Positions 57,843 through 64,000 of a stretch of 64,000 nt of DNA are shown in pieces; positions within the stretch are counted from its first letter, which is position 1; every line of letters starts with the position of its first letter. The position numbers and the translations under genes are program-made. Below the pieces are notes generated by a model that was given only the letters and a program-made list of their open reading frames with translations, made no database searches and had not been told where the DNA came from. Source of the DNA: a virus; IMG/VR virus record IMGVR_UViG_3300027749_000044; one strand, written 5' to 3'.

Positions 57843-60695
57843 ATGGCCGCTTTCACCAAAGACACCCTTCTGAATGCCGGTGGATATATCATGTATGCAC
57901 CTCTTGGTCATATGACGCCTCACACCGACCGTAAGTTTGTGGCAAGGTTCAAGGACGGCCGATCTGGTGCCGCCTCTTTCGTGACTTTTCTTATCAAGAA
58001 TTTCACGGTTGAAGAATATTTTGCCCAGATTGACGCTGGTGTTCCTCCGTTGAAGATTTTGGAAATCCGTGGATATCTTTTGCCTCACATTAAAAAGTGG
58101 CTTAAGGCTGGTGGATATAGCGTCGATCCCAACGGGTATAATCAATACATCACGGATATTTGCAACAATCAACGTTATAAGGCAGCCTGATCATGAATAC
58201 TCTTTTTACTAGTGATCGAAAACTTACTGAATTTGAAATTGTTGCTCGGGTCCTATGGGCGTCTGAGCATCCGTTTGTTCGATATCATGAGGTAAAACAA
58301 TCGGAACGTGAGCCATATGAATTGAAGGCTAAACGTATCATTCGTCATGTTCTGGAACACGAAAGGGTTTATTGATTATGAAAACTATAATTTTTAACTA
58401 TTCTCGCGAAAGTGGGTTGGAAAACGAAATTGCTGACCTGAAAGCAAAGATTGCCGAACTTGAACAAGCTTGGCTGAATGCTGAAGGTAAGATTGAAGAA
58501 CAAAAAAGCATAATTGCCGACCAAGCTTTTGAAATTGAGGATTATAAGGTTTTGCTAAAAGAGTCCCGGGAAGAAGAACTCCGAGCATATGACCATGGGT
58601 TTCGTGTAGGCTGGGCCCACGCCCTGAAAATCGTTTCCGGTGACCGCGCTTGCTGATAACTGGTTGCCATTGTCACGGATACCTGTAAGGTAGGATTATG
58701 ATGAGCAATCAGACAGGAAAAATGAAAGAATATAATGGGCACTAATTATTATCTTCATGATAGCCATTCGTGTGAGTGCTGCGGTCACGTTACAAAGCCC
58801 AACACTCATATCGGCAAGTCTTCTTTCGGATGGAAGTTCCTTTTCCAAGGTGAAAAATTCAAAACTGCCAAAGAATGGGCCGAACATCTTGTTGGCAAAA
58901 GTATTTTTACAGAAGATGGTACCGTTATAAATGATCATGATTTTTGGGCTTTAGTTTCTAAAAATCAAAAGCCAACCTCTAAGTCGCACAATAAAGAATT
59001 CAGGCAAATAAATTCTTGGATTGATGCTGACGGGTTTGAATTTTATAATGGAGAATTTTTCTAATGGCTAAGATTACTGCAAAAAATATTGTTGTGGCAG
59101 AAGAAGTAAAAGTCATCAAACCAAAGAGGGTAAAAGAATTTACGCTTGTTCTTTCTGAAGAAGAGGCCGTAGTTCTCGAAAACATTCTTGGTAAAATTGG
59201 TGGGTGCTGCGGCGAGGTCGGCGTCCACGATATTTTTAGTCCAAGATATTATGCCTCTGAAATTTACGACGCATTGAAGACGGCAGGAGTGCCACATGTA
59301 CCAATGAAAACACAACAAGGCACACATGCATTTCTTCTGAATAGTATTTTTTATGAAGAAACTGACCATTCTATGTTTAAACAAAAAGTCCATGACGCAA
59401 TTGAAACTGGGAGCGTACCATGACTATTCGCAACAAAACAGCCGATCGGCAACGTGTAATTGATCTTGATGGTCCTGCCGGCAATGCATTTGCTCTAATG
59501 GGTGTTGCTCAATCGACAGCAAGACAGTTGAATTGGTCTAAAGAACAAATTTCTTCCATGCTAGAAGAAATGAAATCAGGTGATTATGAAAACTTGATTG
59601 AAGTGTTCGATAGAAACTTTGGTGACATTTATATTCTAGAACGTAACTCTGATGAGTCATTTGAATTTGAGGAAGAAGAATGGTAAAAAATAACAATAAA
59701 CCTTTCCCCGCTTTATGTATGCATTGTAAGTGGTCAGAACACCCCAACAATAGTATTTGGAGTGATGTTAATGCGTGTACAAATCCTAAAGTTGTTGCTA
59801 CATATCCCTGGTCATTAGCTAATGGTCATGAAGGTAAACCAAATTGGCCAATGTGTAGAGAAGAAAGATCAAAGAAATCATTTTTCGCACCATGTGGATA
59901 TAAAGGCAAACTGTGGCGACTTTCGACGATTTGTCGACCTTCGACAGAAGGCAAAACTTAATGTTGGCCATATTTGGATTTTGTATGGCATGGGCATATC
60001 ATGCTCCTCTCTGGGCCTGGGTCATTGGCTTCCTCTGTATTTTGTTAGATGATAAGGATTAAACATGCGTGGATATAATTATGATTGTTTCGATATGGGT
60101 TCATTGTCCGAACTCATTGGTAAGACACTGACCTCTGTTGTCAATAAGGATAATGATGAAATCATCTTCACACTTGATGATGGCACCAGATATGCGATGT
60201 ATCATGATCAAGATTGTTGTGAACATGTATATGTTGAAGATATCATTGGTGACCTTGAAGACCTCGTCGGTACTCCTATTCTGGAAGCCCGAGAAGACTC
60301 CAATCATGGAGCGACTGACAATCAGGAAACGGCTGACTATGAATCTCAAACCTGGACTTTCTATAATTTTAGGACAATTAAAGGTTCCGTGACTATTCGT
60401 TGGTATGGCTCAAGTAATGGTTATTACAGCGAAAGTGTAGATTTTCACAAGATTAAGGATTAAAAACATGAAGAATAAGTTCACAGTAACCGATCCAGTT
60501 GGATTGTTTGGATTGTTCATTGTTGGTGTATTGCTTTTTATTGCAATGCCAATTTTTGCAATCGCGACAGTCAACTTTCTATTCGGTCTTTCTATTCCAA
60601 TCAATTGGCAAACTTGGTTGGCCGTCGTATTTCTCAAGTGGTATATGAGTCCCGAACAAGGCATCAAGTTTAAGTTTAATGTCGTGGACGACTAA
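57843..60695 (+). other. run of small ORFs (57843, 58193, 58372, 58735, 59064, 59420, 59680, 60065, 60468)
   Basis: co-oriented behind promoters at 57784 and 58662. Confidence 0.55.
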
Positions 60696-60760
60696 TATAT
60701 ACCACAATAATACTTGTCCCGCCATCTGATGGCGCACCCCGACGAATTGCTATAATAACT

Positions 60761-60787
60761 AAGACCTGCTTCGGCAGGTCTTTTTTT
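60761..60787 (+). terminator. intrinsic terminator
   Basis: GACCTGC-TTCG-GCAGGTC followed by a T run. Confidence 0.9.
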
Positions 60788-60832
60788 ATGGCCGCCATAA
60801 ATAGTTTATCAATATATTGATAAGGAAAAACT

Positions 60833-61246
60833 ATGGCTTCCAATTTCACTGAGTTGAATGTTCAACCTGAAATCTATTCGGATTTTTTTGATAATTTGGA
60901 TTTTCACCCAATTCGGGGCGATCTCGTCAGAAAAACAAATGAATCGGCAGTCAGCCAATCTATCCGTAACATTCTGCGGACTTCATATTACGAAAGACTA
61001 TTTGAACCAAGATTCGGGGCAAACTTGCGTAGTCTTTTGTTTGAAAATTTTTCACCATTTCTAGAAATCCAACTTAAAAACCAAATTACAAATGCTATTG
61101 AAAATTATGAGCCTAGGGCCGACTTGATTTCAGTTGATGTGTCTTCAGACGTGGATAATAATCTATATACTGCGACCATTACATTTGCGACAAAAAACCA
61201 ACCGAACCCACAGACAATTACGGTCCAACTAGAAAGAGTAAGATAA
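60833..61246 (+). CDS. 25: baseplate wedge protein gp25
   Basis: YSD, QSIRNIL.T..ER.F.P.FG, IENYEPR. Confidence 0.92.
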   Translation: MASNFTELNVQPEIYSDFFDNLDFHPIRGDLVRKTNESAVSQSIRNILRTSYYERLFEPRFGANLRSLLFENFSPFLEIQLKNQITNAIENYEPRADLISVDVSSDVDNNLYTATITFATKNQPNPQTITVQLERVR

Positions 61247-61247
61247 G

Positions 61248-63017
61248 ATGGCTTCTAATTCAGCATTGTTTGTAAGCGGCCAAGACTTTTCTGATATCAA
61301 GGCCTCATTTATCTCATATTTGAAATCTCAGAGTGTATTCAAAGATTATAATTTCGAAGGATCGAATATCAATGTATTGTTGGATATTTTATCTTATAAT
61401 ACATGGCAAAATAGTTTCTTGACCAACATGGCCATTAGTGAAATGTTTTTGGATTCATGCCAGACATATGACTCTGCGGTTAGTCATGCCAAAGAATTGA
61501 ACTATTTGCCACGTTCGTATAAATCAGCCGAGGCAATTGTTGACATTACTATCGTACCAACAGCCGATGCATTTGGAAATTATCCTTCTCAAATTATATT
61601 GCCTTCGGGTACTTCATTTGTAACTTCGGTTGACAATAAAGTATATAACTTTTCTTTGCCTTCGCCTTTAATTATCACATCAAATGGCACATATACTGCA
61701 ACTGGTGTGTCTTTGTTTGAAGGTAATTTGGTGACTGAAAAGTTTGTGGTAACAGGAAACAATCAAAGCTTTGTTATATCTAACGCTTCTGTGGATACAG
61801 ATAGTATTACGGTAACAGTCCAGGATTCATCCAGTTCGACCACAAATACTCAATATGCTTATGCGTCTTCATTATTGGGTGTCAGTGCAAATTCCAAGGT
61901 ATATTTCTTGCAAGGCGCACAAAATGGTCAATATCAAATTCTATTTGGTGACGGTGTATTTGGTGCAACTCCTATTAATGGAAATATCATCAATGTGACC
62001 TATCGTGCATCTTCTGGCACAGGTCCAAATGGCGCCAACTCATTTAAACCAACAGGCACTTACTTGGGTGGGTATTCGAACTATTATATCAATGTGACTT
62101 CGCCTGCATCTGGTGGGGATGTGGCCGAGACTATCGACAGTATTAAATTTCGAGCACCCAGACATTACCAAACACAAGAGCGGGCGGTCACCGTCGATGA
62201 CTATAAAAATATTCTTATGGAAAATTATTCAGAGATAAGAGCAGTTCACGTATATGGCGGAGAAACTCTGTCCCCTCCCCAATACGGCAAAGTTATTATA
62301 GCAGTTGATTTAAAGAATGTCAATGGTCTGCCTTCTACCAAAGCAAACGAATTCACTTCATTTATCAAAAGTAAAATGTTATTGAGTATTGTGCCTGTGT
62401 TTGTGAGTCCAGATTACACATATGTTGGTGTTAATACATCTATCAAATACAATATCAATGACACTACATCATCAACGTCTGACATTTCATCTTCGGTATA
62501 CAATACAATTGCCAATTTTAATTATACGAATCTTGATGATTTTAATATCACTATGAGATATAGCCAATTAGTGGCAGCAATCGACAATACAGACTCTAGT
62601 ATTGTCGGCACTAATACCCAATTGAAAATGATTAAAAAAATTGTACCTATATTGAATACTAACATCTCATATGCATTGTCTTTCCAAAATTCGGTTGTGC
62701 CAAATACAATCGATAGTACTTCATTCACTTATGGTAGTAATTCCATCACCTGTTATTTGGCGGACGACGGAACTGGTAATCTAGATGTAATTACAATCAC
62801 CAACGGAAGCAAAGTTATCGTCACCAATAATATCGGTACGATTAATTACACAACAGGCGATATCACTATTACCAATTTAAATGTATCCGCGTATGTTGGT
62901 TCTGGTATCAAAATATATGGTACATCAGTTGAGCAAGATTTTACTTGTTATAACAATACCATCATAGAAATACTACCAGAAGATACGACAGTCAATGCAA
63001 CGAGCGTGAGAGTCTAA
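61248..63017 (+). CDS. 6: baseplate wedge protein gp6
   Basis: FKDYNFEGS, LLDILSYNT, QERAVT..DY, YGKV. Confidence 0.93.
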   Translation: MASNSALFVSGQDFSDIKASFISYLKSQSVFKDYNFEGSNINVLLDILSYNTWQNSFLTNMAISEMFLDSCQTYDSAVSHAKELNYLPRSYKSAEAIVDITIVPTADAFGNYPSQIILPSGTSFVTSVDNKVYNFSLPSPLIITSNGTYTATGVSLFEGNLVTEKFVVTGNNQSFVISNASVDTDSITVTVQDSSSSTTNTQYAYASSLLGVSANSKVYFLQGAQNGQYQILFGDGVFGATPINGNIINVTYRASSGTGPNGANSFKPTGTYLGGYSNYYINVTSPASGGDVAETIDSIKFRAPRHYQTQERAVTVDDYKNILMENYSEIRAVHVYGGETLSPPQYGKVIIAVDLKNVNGLPSTKANEFTSFIKSKMLLSIVPVFVSPDYTYVGVNTSIKYNINDTTSSTSDISSSVYNTIANFNYTNLDDFNITMRYSQLVAAIDNTDSSIVGTNTQLKMIKKIVPILNTNISYALSFQNSVVPNTIDSTSFTYGSNSITCYLADDGTGNLDVITITNGSKVIVTNNIGTINYTTGDITITNLNVSAYVGSGIKIYGTSVEQDFTCYNNTIIEILPEDTTVNATSVRV

Positions 63018-63020
63018 TAG

Positions 63021-64000
63021 ATGACTTATAATATTGAACAACGCATTTCTCCATTACTCCTAGAACAATTTCCTGAATTTTACAGACAAGAAGGCACCAA
63101 TTTCATTGCTTTCGTGAAAGCTTATTATGAATGGATGGAACAATCAGGTTACGCCGAAAATGCATCGCGAAATCTATTAAACTATAAAGACGTTGACAAT
63201 ACTATCAATACATTCACGGATAATTTCCGAAAAGAATTCTTGTCTGGTGTTCCTGCATTAGTTTCGGCCAATAATGTTCATCTGTTAAAACATATACAAG
63301 ACCTTTATAAATCTAAAGGTAGTAATCAATCTGTACAATTACTATTTAAATTGTTGTATAATGAAGATATCAAAATATATACACCCAAAGATGACATATT
63401 AAGGGCATCAGATGGCAATTGGGTGATTCCATATTATTTGGAAGTTGATTCAATAGACAGGACCAAAACATTTGTGAATAAACAAATTCGTGGTGTTATT
63501 TCTGGTGCTACTGCTTTCGTCGAATCAGTTACACAAAAGAGAGCCGGCGGAAAGTTCATCAATGTAATATACATCAGCGATATTTCTGGTAACTTTCAAA
63601 CAGGCGAACAAATCACAGACGATAATCTATTGACTAATGCACCTCGTATTACCGGATCATTGACCAACATTAACATCACAAATGGTGGTGCAAATAATAA
63701 AGTCGGTGACATTTTCAATATCTATTCTAATACCATCAATCAATCAAGTGGATTATACGGAACAGCAAAAGTAATCTCTGTAGTTGATGGCACAGGTAAA
63801 GTTTCGTTTACTTTGCAATCAGGTGGGTCAGGTTATACTACATCAGCCAATGTTTATGTTTCAAACACAGTACTGTTTTATTCAGGTTTGACCAATTCAA
63901 ATGCGGCGGTACAAACATTCACGACGCTCGAAACAATCAAACAACCTTTGGCAACATTTCAATATATTTCCGCCTCAGGTCTAACAGGCAATGCATTTGC
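63021..64000 (+). CDS. gp7-like baseplate wedge protein (runs off the window)
   Basis: QFPEFY...FIAFVKAYYEWME, LYKSKGS, SDG.W; follows gp6. Confidence 0.75.
   Translation, partial: MTYNIEQRISPLLLEQFPEFYRQEGTNFIAFVKAYYEWMEQSGYAENASRNLLNYKDVDNTINTFTDNFRKEFLSGVPALVSANNVHLLKHIQDLYKSKGSNQSVQLLFKLLYNEDIKIYTPKDDILRASDGNWVIPYYLEVDSIDRTKTFVNKQIRGVISGATAFVESVTQKRAGGKFINVIYISDISGNFQTGEQITDDNLLTNAPRITGSLTNINITNGGANNKVGDIFNIYSNTINQSSGLYGTAKVISVVDGTGKVSFTLQSGGSGYTTSANVYVSNTVLFYSGLTNSNAAVQTFTTLETIKQPLATFQYISASGLTGNAF

Larger units (their letters stand above)
36477..58691. promoter_or_regulatory. dispersed family of early promoter cassettes GGTTGCC-N17-(TATTAT/TAGATT)-GG(A/T)AAATGTAG
   Basis: about 20 minus-strand copies at 36.5-57.7 kb; plus-strand copies at 57784 and 58662, and outside this span at 11542, 14575, 15390, 17451. 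Confidence 0.85.

Noticed and set aside
60715-60756. Hammerhead ribozyme near the GCCATC/GATGGC hairpin
   Set aside because: Core reads CTGATGG rather than CTGANGA, and the required stems and GAAA are missing
1-64000. Genome-wide TAG recoding, suggested by the CUA tRNA
   Set aside because: Conserved genes are full length in code 11 and TAG ends genes at expected positions (phoH, gp26)

Overview
64-kb segment of a large AT-rich T4-like myophage genome in the standard genetic code. The host is probably an alphaproteobacterium, inferred from a circularly permuted two-piece tmRNA with an ANDN...LAA tag and a class II RNR. Left part (+ strand): nucleotide metabolism and replication genes (thyX, nrdJ, rnh, speD, phoH, gp33, gp59, gp32). 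Middle: baseplate/tail module (gp29-like, gp51, gp26, gp54/19-like, gp2, gp4, gp48, gp53, hub, split gp5, PAAR). A ~25.5-kb accessory island then separates PAAR from gp25-gp6-gp7. It holds RNA-repair enzymes, tRNAs, tRNA-like RNAs and many small ORFs, many behind copies of one conserved promoter motif (about 25 copies in the window). Most notable: (1) a locus at 21.2-22.5 kb with tRNA-Ile(UAU), an amber-suppressor tRNA(CUA), a leader M-H-R-[UAG]-I-Y-Y-Q-T-G-P-P-[UAA] overlapping alternative hairpins, a Pth2-like gene and a tRNA-like RNA, a candidate stop-codon or stall-sensing switch; (2) a tmRNA whose tag and 3' pseudoknot occur in two versions either side of a GIY-YIG gene; (3) a two-headed tRNA-like ncRNA; (4) a covarying two-hairpin motif present twice; (5) a probable -1 frameshift joining gp26 to gp51. 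All calls come from reading the sequence by eye; no searches or folding programs were run.
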